Source: Phycisphaeraceae bacterium
GTDB taxonomy: Bacteria; Planctomycetota; Phycisphaerae; Phycisphaerales; Zrk34
Direction of reading: 5' to 3'
Assembly (NCBI GenBank): GCA_040905565.1
Contig: JBBDRF010000088.1
Coordinates: forward strand, 1 to 64,000
DNA: 64,000 bases
Position numbers and translations under genes: made by a program. Numbering within the stretch: position 1 is the first letter of the stretch; each line of letters begins with the position of its first letter. The notes beneath the pieces are model-generated. The model was given only the letters and a program-made list of their open reading frames with translations. It was not told the origin of the DNA and made no database searches. Below, piece by piece: positions 1-9,068 of this stretch.

Positions 1-71
1 AGGGTTGGGCTTAGGGGGTGGGTGGGATGGTTGGGGGTGTGGGTGGGTATGGGGGTTGCGGTTTTTTGGGC

Positions 72-1616
72 ATGGTTCAAACACTTCGACATACGGTCTA
101 TTGGTACGAACAGCATGCGCCGACGCACGGGCCGGCGCTTAAGAGCGATATCGACACGGACGTGGTTGTGATCGGTGGCGGGATGGCGGGGCTGGCGGCG
201 GCTCAATGGCTCGCGCAACAGGAGATCGACACGGTCGTGATCGAGGCGGAATACTGCGGGGCAGGGGCGAGCGGCGTGACTTCGGGCATCATGACTCCCG
301 ACATCGAGATGAACCTGCATCAGCTTGTCCGTCGCTTCGGCGAGGTCGACGGCAAACGGCTGTGGCAGGCGGCGATGGGGGCGGTGCAGGATGTGCGACG
401 CAACATCGAATCGTTGCAAATCGAATGCGACCTGATCGATGCCGACACCCTGTTCGTCGGCACCGGCTCAGCGGCGGCACGCGAGGTGGGGCGCGAGCAT
501 CACACACGGCAGCAGGCGGGGGTGGCCTCGACGTACTATTCGCGATGGCGGCTGCCGAAGGTGCTCAACGGGATCGGGTTCGGGCCCGGCGTGCGGTATG
601 GGCCGACGTTCGGATTCAATGCACTCGCATATCTGCAGAATCTGCGTGACCTGCTGCGGGATGAAGCGGTGCGGATTTACGAGTATTCGCCTGCTTTGAA
701 GGTGGCGCCGGGGCGGGTGCTGACGCCTCGGGGTTCGGTGCGGGCGAAGCATGTGATTGCGTGTGTGGATCGGTTCGCGGAACAGGCGGGGATCGCTGCG
801 GACCAGACTTACCATCAGCAGAATTTTGTGGTGGTGAGCGAGCCGTTGGATACGTGGATGCTTGAGCAGACATTCCCAGCGGGGCCGATGCTGGTGGCCG
901 ATTCGCATCTGCTGGATCATTACATGAGGCCGACGCCTGACGGGCGGTTGATCGTGGGCGGTTCGATGGATCGGGCGGCTTATCGCCGGGAGCTGAGCGA
1001 TCCGGCGCAGGCTTCGTCGTATCTGATGCAGTGGTTCCGTAGTCGCTTTCCGCACCTGGCGCACGTGGATTTCACGCACGGCTGGGCGGGGCAGTTCGGG
1101 GTGAGTCGGGACCTGTTGCCGATCGCTGGTCGGCTTGACGGAAAGGGCGCGCGGGAAGCGGGGATGTATGCGGGGATGTGTGGCGGCGGGATGGCGTGGA
1201 GCAAACTGGCGGGCGAAGTGGCAGCACGGACAGCCATCGAAGGGGCGACGGAGTTCGAGCCGTTCTTCGCGCCGGGTCGTGCGTATACGCCGTTGCAGCC
1301 GTTGGAGCGGGCGATGAGCAAGTCGCGGGCTTTTGAACTGTCGAATCGGTTCGCGCGCGACTGGATGCACGGCCGGGCGTCCGACGTGGCGGATCAGCAG
1401 GAGCAGGTGCGCAAGGGGACGAAGTGGACGCTGACCGGCGCCGCAGTGGCGACGGGGTTGGCGCTGGTGGGCGGTCTGGCGTGGGCGTTGAGCGGGCGTG
1501 ATGAGAAGCAGCAGGAGGACGCGAGGCCGCTGCAGGTGGAGGGGCGGCGGGTGGATTGCTTGCCGTCACGGAGCGAGAGGAAACGAGAGGCGAGCGAAGA
1601 AGACGTGAAGCGATGA
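72..1616 (+). CDS. FAD-dependent oxidoreductase (DAO/PuuB-like) with a C-terminal hydrophobic segment
   Basis: VVIGGGMAGLAAA Rossmann motif, GAGASG motif, upstream YW motif; ATG at 72 preferred over the G-rich upstream extension. Confidence 0.85.
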   Translation: MVQTLRHTVYWYEQHAPTHGPALKSDIDTDVVVIGGGMAGLAAAQWLAQQEIDTVVIEAEYCGAGASGVTSGIMTPDIEMNLHQLVRRFGEVDGKRLWQAAMGAVQDVRRNIESLQIECDLIDADTLFVGTGSAAAREVGREHHTRQQAGVASTYYSRWRLPKVLNGIGFGPGVRYGPTFGFNALAYLQNLRDLLRDEAVRIYEYSPALKVAPGRVLTPRGSVRAKHVIACVDRFAEQAGIAADQTYHQQNFVVVSEPLDTWMLEQTFPAGPMLVADSHLLDHYMRPTPDGRLIVGGSMDRAAYRRELSDPAQASSYLMQWFRSRFPHLAHVDFTHGWAGQFGVSRDLLPIAGRLDGKGAREAGMYAGMCGGGMAWSKLAGEVAARTAIEGATEFEPFFAPGRAYTPLQPLERAMSKSRAFELSNRFARDWMHGRASDVADQQEQVRKGTKWTLTGAAVATGLALVGGLAWALSGRDEKQQEDARPLQVEGRRVDCLPSRSERKREASEEDVKR

Positions 1617-1644
1617 TTCGCTCGTGGTGTGCGTTATCAAAATG

Positions 1645-1727
1645 CGTGCCACTGGTGGCTTGTCCACCAGTGCCAGTGCCCCGGACCGCGCGTTGAAGGC
1701 ACTGGTGGGCAAGCCACCAGTGGCACG
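1645..1727. repeat. REP/REPIN-like inverted doublet between convergent genes
   Basis: GTGCCACTGGTGGCTTGTCCACCAGTGCC (1646-1674) and its near reverse complement GGCACTGGTGGGCAAGCCACCAGTGGCAC (1698-1726); each copy is itself a hairpin. Confidence 0.75.
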
Positions 1728-1741
1728 GGCCAAATACTTGC

Positions 1742-2413
1742 TCAGCGGGCGGGCACGGCGTTGTCGGGCAGCAGCGTGAGCAGTTCTTGAGGGTGGTCGA
1801 TCACGTGGGCAGCATCGTGGGCGACGAGCTCAGCCCGATCGCGGAAGCCCCAGGTGACGCCGACGGCGACCATGCCCGCTGCCGTGGCGGTGAGCATATC
1901 AGTCTTGCTGTCGCCGACGAACAGGCACCGGCCGGGCGCGACGCCTGCTGCCTCGGCTGCGGCCAGCGCCGACGTCGGATCGGGCTTCTTCGGCACGCCT
2001 TCGCAATGGCCTGTGGTGCATACCCACGTCCAGCGCGTCAGCAGCTTGGCCGCGATCTGATCGGCAGCGGCCTGCGGCTTATTGGTCACGATCGCCATCG
2101 GAAAACCTCGCTCGGTGAGGGCGTCGAGCGTGTCGTCCATCCCCTCGTAAAGGGCGGTTTCATCGGCGACGTGCTGAGCGTAGTGCTGCTTGAACAGCGC
2201 GAGGCCTTCGTCCGCGAGATGCTGCTGGTCGGCCGGGAGGGCACGGCGCATGAGCACATCGGCACCGTCGCCTACCATCATGCGATAGTCGGGGGTGTGA
2301 TGCGTCGGCTGAGCGAGATCGCGGAGGGAGGCATTGGCGGCGGAGGCGATGTCGGCGAGGCTGTCGATCAGCGTGCCGTCGAGGTCAAAAAGAATGGCGT
2401 GCGGACGCGTCAT
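1742..2413 (-). CDS. HAD-family hydrolase, phosphoglycolate phosphatase-like
   Basis: FDLDGTLIDS (motif I), VTNK, KKPDP, VGDS..D; start at MTRPH. Confidence 0.9.
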   Translation of the reverse strand: MTRPHAILFDLDGTLIDSLADIASAANASLRDLAQPTHHTPDYRMMVGDGADVLMRRALPADQQHLADEGLALFKQHYAQHVADETALYEGMDDTLDALTERGFPMAIVTNKPQAAADQIAAKLLTRWTWVCTTGHCEGVPKKPDPTSALAAAEAAGVAPGRCLFVGDSKTDMLTATAAGMVAVGVTWGFRDRAELVAHDAAHVIDHPQELLTLLPDNAVPAR

Positions 2414-2533
2414 ATGGTAACTTTCCCGGGCGTAAGGGTGGTCGGGGTGGAAAACAAGGTCTATTGTAAGGCGTACGGCGGAGTGGTCCACTCGGTCGAG
2501 CATTGCGTCGCTGGGGGCAAAAGCGACTCCTTC

Positions 2534-3157
2534 TTGAAGAACCACAAGCCTATCATCGGTTTGGCCGGCGGTATCGGCTCCGGCAAGAGCACGGTGGCGC
2601 GGGTAATGGCGCAGCTGGGGGGGCTGGTGATCGATGCCGACGCAGCGGCCCGGGAGGCGCTCAAGCGACCGGATGTCCGGGAGCAGATCACCACATGGTG
2701 GGGCAGGGGCATGTGCGACGCCGAAGGGTGCGTGGATCGGCAACGCCTGGCCGAACGGGTGTTCACCGACCCCGCGGAGCGCCGACGGCTTGAGGGCCTG
2801 CTTCATCCGCTGATTGCGGCGGAGCGGGAGCGGCTGATCGCCGAGGCCGAGGACGATCCGAGCGTGCGGTTTGTGGTGCTTGATGCACCGCTGCTGTTCG
2901 AGGTGGGCTTGGATGAGCGATGCGATGAGACGGTTTTCGTCAATGCATCGGAGGGGCGTCGTCTGGAGCGTGTGGTGAAGCACCGCGGCTGGACGGCCGA
3001 AGAAATGAAAAGACGTGAGAAAAATCAAATGCCTCTGGACAGAAAGCGGCAACTAGCCGATAATGTAATTGTGAACGATGCCAGTGAGGCGGAATGCGTT
3101 GAGCAAGTCCGCCGCCTGCTGGCTCGGATCCTCGGTAACAACCAGCCGAACGCCTGA
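2534..3157 (+). CDS. coaE: Dephospho-CoA kinase
   Basis: IIGLAGGIGSGKSTVA, IDAD, DRQRLAERVF, LDAPLLFE; start uncertain (TTG 2534 or GTG 2483). Confidence 0.92.
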   Translation: MKNHKPIIGLAGGIGSGKSTVARVMAQLGGLVIDADAAAREALKRPDVREQITTWWGRGMCDAEGCVDRQRLAERVFTDPAERRRLEGLLHPLIAAERERLIAEAEDDPSVRFVVLDAPLLFEVGLDERCDETVFVNASEGRRLERVVKHRGWTAEEMKRREKNQMPLDRKRQLADNVIVNDASEAECVEQVRRLLARILGNNQPNA

Positions 3158-3353
3158 GCGGAGAACGCCTGCGATCCTGACGGGCCGTCGCAGTTCAGCC
3201 GTGCAGGCGACCCACCCGCCAAGTTCAAGTTGGCCGTTCGCAGTGTCACACTCACCCGTATTTGAATGATTTTTTGACGGCGTTCACGCGCCGACCATCT
3301 GAAGTTCGATTCCAACCCACATGGGGTTTCTATGCCCCCAGGGAGAGCCAGCC

Positions 3354-4886
3354 ATGGCCAAAACCTCCACGAAAAGTAAGTCCCCGCGCACCACGAAGCC
3401 ACGCAAGAAGTCTGAGTCGACGCGGGGCGGGGAAAGCAAACGCAAATCACAGCGCACGCCTCAGGCGGCCACCAACGGCCAGCCCGAAGGGACCGCAGCG
3501 ATGGTCGCTGAAGCACCTGAGTCGACCGCGCCGCGGGCCGACGTGACCGTCGCTGAAGTGACGGACTCGGACCTGGCGCGCTACGACAAAGATTCGCAGA
3601 AACGTTACGAGTCGGTGAAGAAAGGCGCGATGCGCGTCGCCGACCTCCAGAAGATGGAGGTTGATGAGCTTCACGAAATCGCGCGGGATGAAGGCGTTGA
3701 GAATACCTCCGGCCTGAACAAGCACGAGTTGATCTTCCAGGTCATCAAGGCCCGCATCGCCAAGGCGGGGTTGATGTACGGCGACGGCGTGCTGGAGATT
3801 CTGCCCGACGGGTTCGGGTTCCTCCGCTCGCCGCAGTACTCCTACGAGCCCTGCCCGGACGACATCTACGTTTCGCCTTCGCAGATTCGGCGCTTCGGCC
3901 TTCGCAACGGACACATTGTGCAGGGCACCATTCGCCCGCCGAAGGAAGCCGAGCGTTACTTCGCGCTGCTGCGGGTGGATGCGATCAACGGGCAGTCGCC
4001 CGATCGGCTGAACGACGTGACGCCGTATGAGGACCTGACGCCGCTGCATCCGTGCGAGCGGTACATCCTCGAAACCGAAGGCGACAATATCGAGATGCGT
4101 ATCGTCGATCTCGTGGCGCCGATCGGTAAAGGTCAGCGTGGTCTGATCGTCGCCCCGCCGCGTACCGGCAAGACGGTCCTGCTCCAGAAAATGGCGAACT
4201 CGATCATCACGAATCACCCGGATGCCCGCGTGATTGTGCTGCTGATCGACGAGCGGCCTGAGGAAGTGACCGACTTCCGCCGCAACACGCCTGAGAATGT
4301 CGAGGTGGTCGCTTCGACGTTCGATGAGCAGACGGATCGGCACGTGCAGGTCGCGGAGATGGTCATCGAGAAGTCCAAGCGGCTGGTCGAGTACGGCCAT
4401 GACGTGGTGATCTTCCTCGACTCGATCACCCGCCTCGCTCGTGCGTACAACGCTGAGGTGCCTCACTCAGGCAAGATTCTGACCGGTGGTGTGGATGCGA
4501 ACGCGCTGCAGCGGCCGAAGAAATTCTTTGGTGCGGCTCGTGCGATCGAGAACGGCGGGTCGCTCACGATCCTTGCCACGGCACTGGTCGACACCGGCTC
4601 GAAGATGGACGAAGTGATTTTCGAAGAGTTCAAGGGCACCGGCAACAGCGAGTTGCATCTTGACCGTCGCCTGGTGGAACGGCGTATCTGGCCTGCGATC
4701 GATATCGCGGCTTCAGGCACCCGCCGCGAGGAACTGCTGCTGCATCCGAAGGAGCTCGACCTGGTCTATCGCCTTCGCAAGGTGCTGGCGGACATGAACG
4801 TGGTCGAAGCGATGCAACTGCTCCGCGGCCGCTTGGACAAGGTGAAGTCGAACGCTGAGTTCCTGATGACGATGAATCTGGATTAA
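3354..4886 (+). CDS. rho: Transcription termination factor Rho with a basic N-terminal extension
   Basis: [48 protein letters not shown]. Confidence 0.98.
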   Translation: MAKTSTKSKSPRTTKPRKKSESTRGGESKRKSQRTPQAATNGQPEGTAAMVAEAPESTAPRADVTVAEVTDSDLARYDKDSQKRYESVKKGAMRVADLQKMEVDELHEIARDEGVENTSGLNKHELIFQVIKARIAKAGLMYGDGVLEILPDGFGFLRSPQYSYEPCPDDIYVSPSQIRRFGLRNGHIVQGTIRPPKEAERYFALLRVDAINGQSPDRLNDVTPYEDLTPLHPCERYILETEGDNIEMRIVDLVAPIGKGQRGLIVAPPRTGKTVLLQKMANSIITNHPDARVIVLLIDERPEEVTDFRRNTPENVEVVASTFDEQTDRHVQVAEMVIEKSKRLVEYGHDVVIFLDSITRLARAYNAEVPHSGKILTGGVDANALQRPKKFFGAARAIENGGSLTILATALVDTGSKMDEVIFEEFKGTGNSELHLDRRLVERRIWPAIDIAASGTRREELLLHPKELDLVYRLRKVLADMNVVEAMQLLRGRLDKVKSNAEFLMTMNLD

Positions 4887-4917
4887 GCGGCTTTCGAATC
4901 GCCAGGTCGGTAAGAAC

Positions 4918-5215
4918 ACGAGCCGCGACCGTAACAGTCTTTTTCATCTCTTGCGTAAGTCGTTGATTTTCGTCGGTAGCCGAGGCCGAGTCGCGTGGGC
5001 GGTCGGCGCGCAAAATCTTGGCGCACAACCGCTCCCTTACGGTCGCGGCTCGTAATCAGCGATGTGAATTATCCTAAGAAACCAGCCTTCATCCGTTTAC
5101 GCAACAGATGAAAAAGACTGGTAAGGGAGCGGACCGGCGATGGCGACTCGGTCCGAGCGTCGCCAGCGTGTTCAGGGGCCGTATCCACAACCGCTCCTCT
5201 ACGGTCGCGGCTCGT
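4918..5215. repeat. REP-like family ACGAGCCGCGACCGTAAGGGAGCGG, three copies (one split by a MITE)
   Basis: Split copy at 4918-4934 plus 5121-5132; reverse-complement copies at 5029-5053 and 5191-5215; lies between convergent genes. Confidence 0.8.
4935..5120. mobile_element. 186-bp MITE-like element with 24-bp TIRs and a GTAA target duplication
   Basis: Left end CAGTCTTTTTCATCTCTTGCGTAA (4935-4958) and right end TTACGCAACAGATGAAAAAGACTG (5097-5120) match 23/24 as inverted repeats; GTAA at 4931-4934 and 5121-5124. Confidence 0.8.
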
Positions 5216-5243
5216 GTCGAGGCGTGCGGGTCGTTTCTCGCAT

Positions 5244-6431
5244 CTACGTGGCCGGTTCGGTTTCGTGGTGCGTCTTACGATTGCCTTGGATTTTGCTGAT
5301 GCGATCGGCGGCCTGTTTGACGGCGGCCGGCGTGTCGTGGATGGCGAAGTCGATGGCCGTTTCGTAGCTCTGGCCGGCGCGTAGTTTGGGGATGCGTCTG
5401 GCGCTGCGTTCCATCTGACGCGGCAGAGGGTAACCGGTGGCGGGTTCCAATCCGGTGACGTAGCCGTCGGCCTCGGCGGCGGTATTCTTCCAGATCGTGA
5501 AACAGGGCAGTTGCGACTTCTGCCAGCTGAGCGTAACGGCGCGGTTCTTCGCGGCGTTGTGCAGCATCACCATCGTCTTGCCACGCCGGTCGGCGTGCAG
5601 ATCCAACAGATAGCATTGCTCGGCGTAGCCCTTGCGGGGCGCGTCGAAGGTGTCGTAGCTGGCGAGGCCGTCCTCCTCGAGGGCGCGGTCGTTGGCGGCG
5701 ACGACGTTGGCAACGGGGCCGACGAACTTCGCGTTCTTCTCCAGCAGCGGGCGGCCGTGGTTCAGGTGATAAAGCAGGGCGAATTCTTCGGTCTGTGCGC
5801 CGGCGTTATGGATGCTGTCGGTGACGGTGAAGCTGGCCTTGCCGGGCTCGAGCGTGATCTGCGTGCTGAGATCGAGCTTCGGACCGAACAGCTGCCGTTC
5901 TTTGACGAGCCCTTGCAGCGTGATGCGATAGGGGGCCGTCTGCTCGACGATCAGCTCAACCTCGGAGGCGGGGATGTTGGCGACCTTGCCATGCAGCGTG
6001 AGCGGCCCGGCGGGGGCCTCGGCCTTGGCGTGGTGGCGGGCTTCGTCACCGGGAGGGCCGAACCATTCGAGGCCGCAACGAACGAGGTACTCGTTGAACC
6101 CTTCGAGCCAGCCGATGCCGCCACGGTTGTGCGGCTGAATGAACATGGGATGGACGATCTCATCGACGGGCGAATCCCAGCCGAGTCGGGTGTCGGCGGT
6201 GGTGACGTCGACGATGTTCATGCCGCGCGTGGCGACGATGCGCATGACGAGCTTGCCGTTGTCGATGGTGATCAGGTCGACGCCTTCGCTTCTGCCCCCG
6301 TGGAGGCGGGTCTTGCTGACGCTCCAGGGGATGGGGCAGTTAGGCGTGACCTGCTCGCCGGTGAGGTGGAGCGTTTCGACGTTGACGTTGAGCTTGGCGC
6401 TGATGAGAGTTTGTTGGAAAGCGTGTGTCAT
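5244..6431 (-). CDS. DUF4432 / aldose 1-epimerase-like family protein
   Basis: LHGGRSEGVD, TRGM, LGWDSP, TLHGKVAN, LYHLNHG, GYVTGLEP. Confidence 0.8.
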   Translation of the reverse strand: MTHAFQQTLISAKLNVNVETLHLTGEQVTPNCPIPWSVSKTRLHGGRSEGVDLITIDNGKLVMRIVATRGMNIVDVTTADTRLGWDSPVDEIVHPMFIQPHNRGGIGWLEGFNEYLVRCGLEWFGPPGDEARHHAKAEAPAGPLTLHGKVANIPASEVELIVEQTAPYRITLQGLVKERQLFGPKLDLSTQITLEPGKASFTVTDSIHNAGAQTEEFALLYHLNHGRPLLEKNAKFVGPVANVVAANDRALEEDGLASYDTFDAPRKGYAEQCYLLDLHADRRGKTMVMLHNAAKNRAVTLSWQKSQLPCFTIWKNTAAEADGYVTGLEPATGYPLPRQMERSARRIPKLRAGQSYETAIDFAIHDTPAAVKQAADRISKIQGNRKTHHETEPAT

Positions 6432-6471
6432 GGCATGCTCCGGGACGTGGGAAATGGCGATCTTCTAGCGG

Positions 6472-7155
6472 TCAAACTTCGTCGAGAAGGACCAGGGTGT
6501 CGGGCAGTTCGTTCTGGGTGTCGGGCTGTCGTGGGAGGGCGCGGGCGAGGGCTTTGCCGGCGTCGGCGATCGTGTCGCACAGGGCGTGGGTGAGGTCGCC
6601 GCTGCGGAGTTTCGCGGTGAGTTCGCTGCAGAGGTCGTCCAGCGTCTGTTGGCCGAGGCGTTCGAGGATGGCGTCGTCGCCGAGTACCGCGGCGCGGCGT
6701 TCGAACAGTGAGATGTAAATCAGCAGTCCCGTGCCGCCGCCTGTCTGGTGGACGGTGGCGTCGTAGAAGGCGAGGCGGGCGCGGTGGGTGACTTCCGCAG
6801 CCATCTGGGCGGCGGGCGTGAACCACCATCGCAGCTGCCAGCGATAGCCGGCTGCGGTGGTGCCGACGAGGAACCCGCCGACGAGCGCGACGAGCATCCA
6901 GAAGAATTTCCAGCCGGGCGTGATCCCGTCCCACGTACCGGTCGCCCGGACGGGCTCAGGGAGGATGGCCCAGATGAGGAACATGAGGATGATGCCGGTC
7001 CACAGGCCGACAATATCCTCGGAGCGTTCGTACCTTCCCGACGCGGCGGCCACGACGGGGACGATCTCCGCGGCGGTCTTCGATTCAGCCTCGGCCACGG
7101 CCTGATTGATCGCCTGCCGCTGCTGCTCGGTGAACTGATGTGAGGCTCGCATCAT
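6472..7155 (-). CDS. TPM-domain membrane protein
   Basis: AVAEAESKTAAEIVPVV, TGLLIYISLFERRA, NELPD at the C-terminus; two TM segments. Confidence 0.8.
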   Translation of the reverse strand: MMRASHQFTEQQRQAINQAVAEAESKTAAEIVPVVAAASGRYERSEDIVGLWTGIILMFLIWAILPEPVRATGTWDGITPGWKFFWMLVALVGGFLVGTTAAGYRWQLRWWFTPAAQMAAEVTHRARLAFYDATVHQTGGGTGLLIYISLFERRAAVLGDDAILERLGQQTLDDLCSELTAKLRSGDLTHALCDTIADAGKALARALPRQPDTQNELPDTLVLLDEV

Positions 7156-7216
7156 CGTCGCACTTCCAGCTGGCTCTGGCCGTGTTGGATCGGTCGTGAT
7201 CGTGTTTGGCTCAGCA

Positions 7217-7993
7217 TTACCATGATCCGTCGGCCTTTCCGCCTTTGAAAGTTCTGTCCTTGGTTTTGTCGGCGTTGTCGCTGGCGAAACCGCGGCCGCT
7301 TCGGCGTGCGGCGGGGCTGAGCACCTGCCATAGGATGTAGCCCATGGCCGCAAGCACCGCGCCCCAGAACAGCCACGCCCAGCCCGTGGAGCCCTGCCGC
7401 ACGAGCGAGACGATGGAGAAGATCGCCAGCATCAGCAGCCCGCCGATGAGCAGGTAGCTTTCGAGCGATCGGCGGGGGCCGGGCAGACGCTGTCCGCGTG
7501 CCATGGCGTCGAGCGCTTCGACGGCTGCGACGATGCCGGCTGACGGATAGCCTTCGCGGAAGAGGGGGACGATCTGCTGATCGAGGATGCGTTGAGCGGT
7601 GTCGTTCATCTCACGGTCCCAGCCGAGGCCGAGTTCGATCCAGGCGCGTTGGTCGTCCCGAGAGACGACCAGCAGGATGGCGCGCTGGTTTGTCGCATCG
7701 CGGAGCTGCCACTGGTCGAAGAGAAGACGGGCGTAGGTTTCGAGGCGAAGGTTGGCGGGGCCGTGCTCGGCCATGGACGAGAGCGTGACGACAAGGAGGC
7801 GGACATCCTGCTCCTGCTGAAGGGCGGTGGCGAGGTTGTGGATGCGCTGCTGATCGTCGGTGCTGATCATGGCGGCAAGGTCGCGGATGAAGGCGTCTTG
7901 CGCGGGGGGGGCGATGTCGATTTCCGCTGCGTCTGCTGTGGTGATCGCAAGCGTCAGCATCAGCAGGCTGCACACCAGGGTGGTCCAGCGCAT
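7217..7993 (-). CDS. TPM-domain protein with signal peptide and TM segments
   Basis: Signal peptide, IRDLAAMI, ILLVVSRDDQRAWIELGLG, GG..GSW C-terminus. Confidence 0.8.
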   Translation of the reverse strand: MRWTTLVCSLLMLTLAITTADAAEIDIAPPAQDAFIRDLAAMISTDDQQRIHNLATALQQEQDVRLLVVTLSSMAEHGPANLRLETYARLLFDQWQLRDATNQRAILLVVSRDDQRAWIELGLGWDREMNDTAQRILDQQIVPLFREGYPSAGIVAAVEALDAMARGQRLPGPRRSLESYLLIGGLLMLAIFSIVSLVRQGSTGWAWLFWGAVLAAMGYILWQVLSPAARRSGRGFASDNADKTKDRTFKGGKADGSW

Positions 7994-8093
7994 CGTTCGT
8001 TCGCCCATAGCTTGGCTACAGTATCGGTGAAGCGTTGCGACGGCAAGGAGGAGACGGCGTGCTTGCTCGCTCATGGGCGCGGCTGATGGTGCG

Positions 8094-8495
8094 TCAGGAT
8101 TTCGAAATGGAGCCGGCGGTTTGGGGGGCAGGCTTGTCGACCTTGGCGGAGTCGGCGGGGGGGGCTTCGCCATCGGGTGACGCTTCGGTTGACTCGGCGG
8201 CTTTTCGTGCAGCGACTTTTTCTCGAGCCTCGCCGACGAGCGCCTGTACCCTTGCTGAGGCGTCACCAATCTTTAGAACGCGGAGGCCGAAGTTCTCGCC
8301 GATTTTGACGGCATCCCCCAAACCGATGACCTTGTTGTTGACCATGAGGTCGAGCGGGCGTTCCGCGGGCTTAGGCAATTCGATAATCGCACCGGGCGAC
8401 AGCGCCAGCACGTCCTCCAGCGGCATCCGCTTGGCGCCAATGCGGACGATCACCGGCACCCGAAGTTTTAAGATGGATTTGATATCGCGGGCCAT
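8094..8495 (-). CDS. FliM/FliN C-terminal (SpoA) domain protein
   Basis: VPVIVRIG..M..DVLAL.PGAIIEL...VNNKVIG.G.AVKIGENFGLRV; AGGAG SD upstream. Confidence 0.85.
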   Translation of the reverse strand: MARDIKSILKLRVPVIVRIGAKRMPLEDVLALSPGAIIELPKPAERPLDLMVNNKVIGLGDAVKIGENFGLRVLKIGDASARVQALVGEAREKVAARKAAESTEASPDGEAPPADSAKVDKPAPQTAGSISKS

Positions 8496-8580
8496 GCCTC
8501 TCCTATCGGCCAAGGAGGCCCTGCGTATTCACTCGGGCCTTGCTCGCATCCGTGCGGGTCTGGAAGGGGCGGGGGCGGGA

Positions 8581-8970
8581 TCAATCGCTGACGAACTCCA
8601 GGTTCATCGCGGATTCGAGGCTGGTTTCGTCGATGGGTTTGTTCAGCTTCCGCACGTGCCCCAGTTCCCGAGGGAGCATTTGGGGACTGGCGTAACCGCT
8701 GATGAAAAAGAACGGGGTACGGCGGCGCTGCAAGGTTTCGGCGATCGGCACGCTGGTGCCGCCGATGATGTTGATGTCGAGGATGGCGCCGGCCAGTTCC
8801 TCGTCATGCGCCAGCCTGAGCCCTTGTTCGAGCGTGGGGGCGGGGCCGATGACTTCACAGCCCATCTCAGAGAGGACGGACTTGAGCATGTGAGCGACGA
8901 GGAAATTATCTTCGACGAGCAGAATTTTCAGACCGGATAAAGCGATGGCGTCATCACCTGCTGCGACCAT
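8581..8970 (-). CDS. Single-domain response regulator (receiver)
   Basis: ILLVEDN, AILDIN (phospho-Asp), ISGY, KP. Confidence 0.9.
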   Translation of the reverse strand: MVAAGDDAIALSGLKILLVEDNFLVAHMLKSVLSEMGCEVIGPAPTLEQGLRLAHDEELAGAILDINIIGGTSVPIAETLQRRRTPFFFISGYASPQMLPRELGHVRKLNKPIDETSLESAMNLEFVSD

Positions 8971-9068
8971 GGGACACTCCAACTAACAACGAAAAACAAC
9001 GATACGCCGTGTGCCCACACGTGCGAGTGCCTCTCCGCTGCACGGCACGACGAGTTTGCCCGTTCAGC

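Noticed and set aside
1..70. G/T-rich tract with many GGG runs (G-quadruplex-like, and the source of the Gly-rich ORF extension)
   Set aside because: It sits at the window edge without context and may be low-complexity or low-quality sequence; not treated as coding.
1742..3157. Apparent 436-aa and 456-aa overlapping fusion ORFs
   Set aside because: They resolve into divergent HAD (minus) and coaE (plus) genes whose upstream extensions are each other's antisense.
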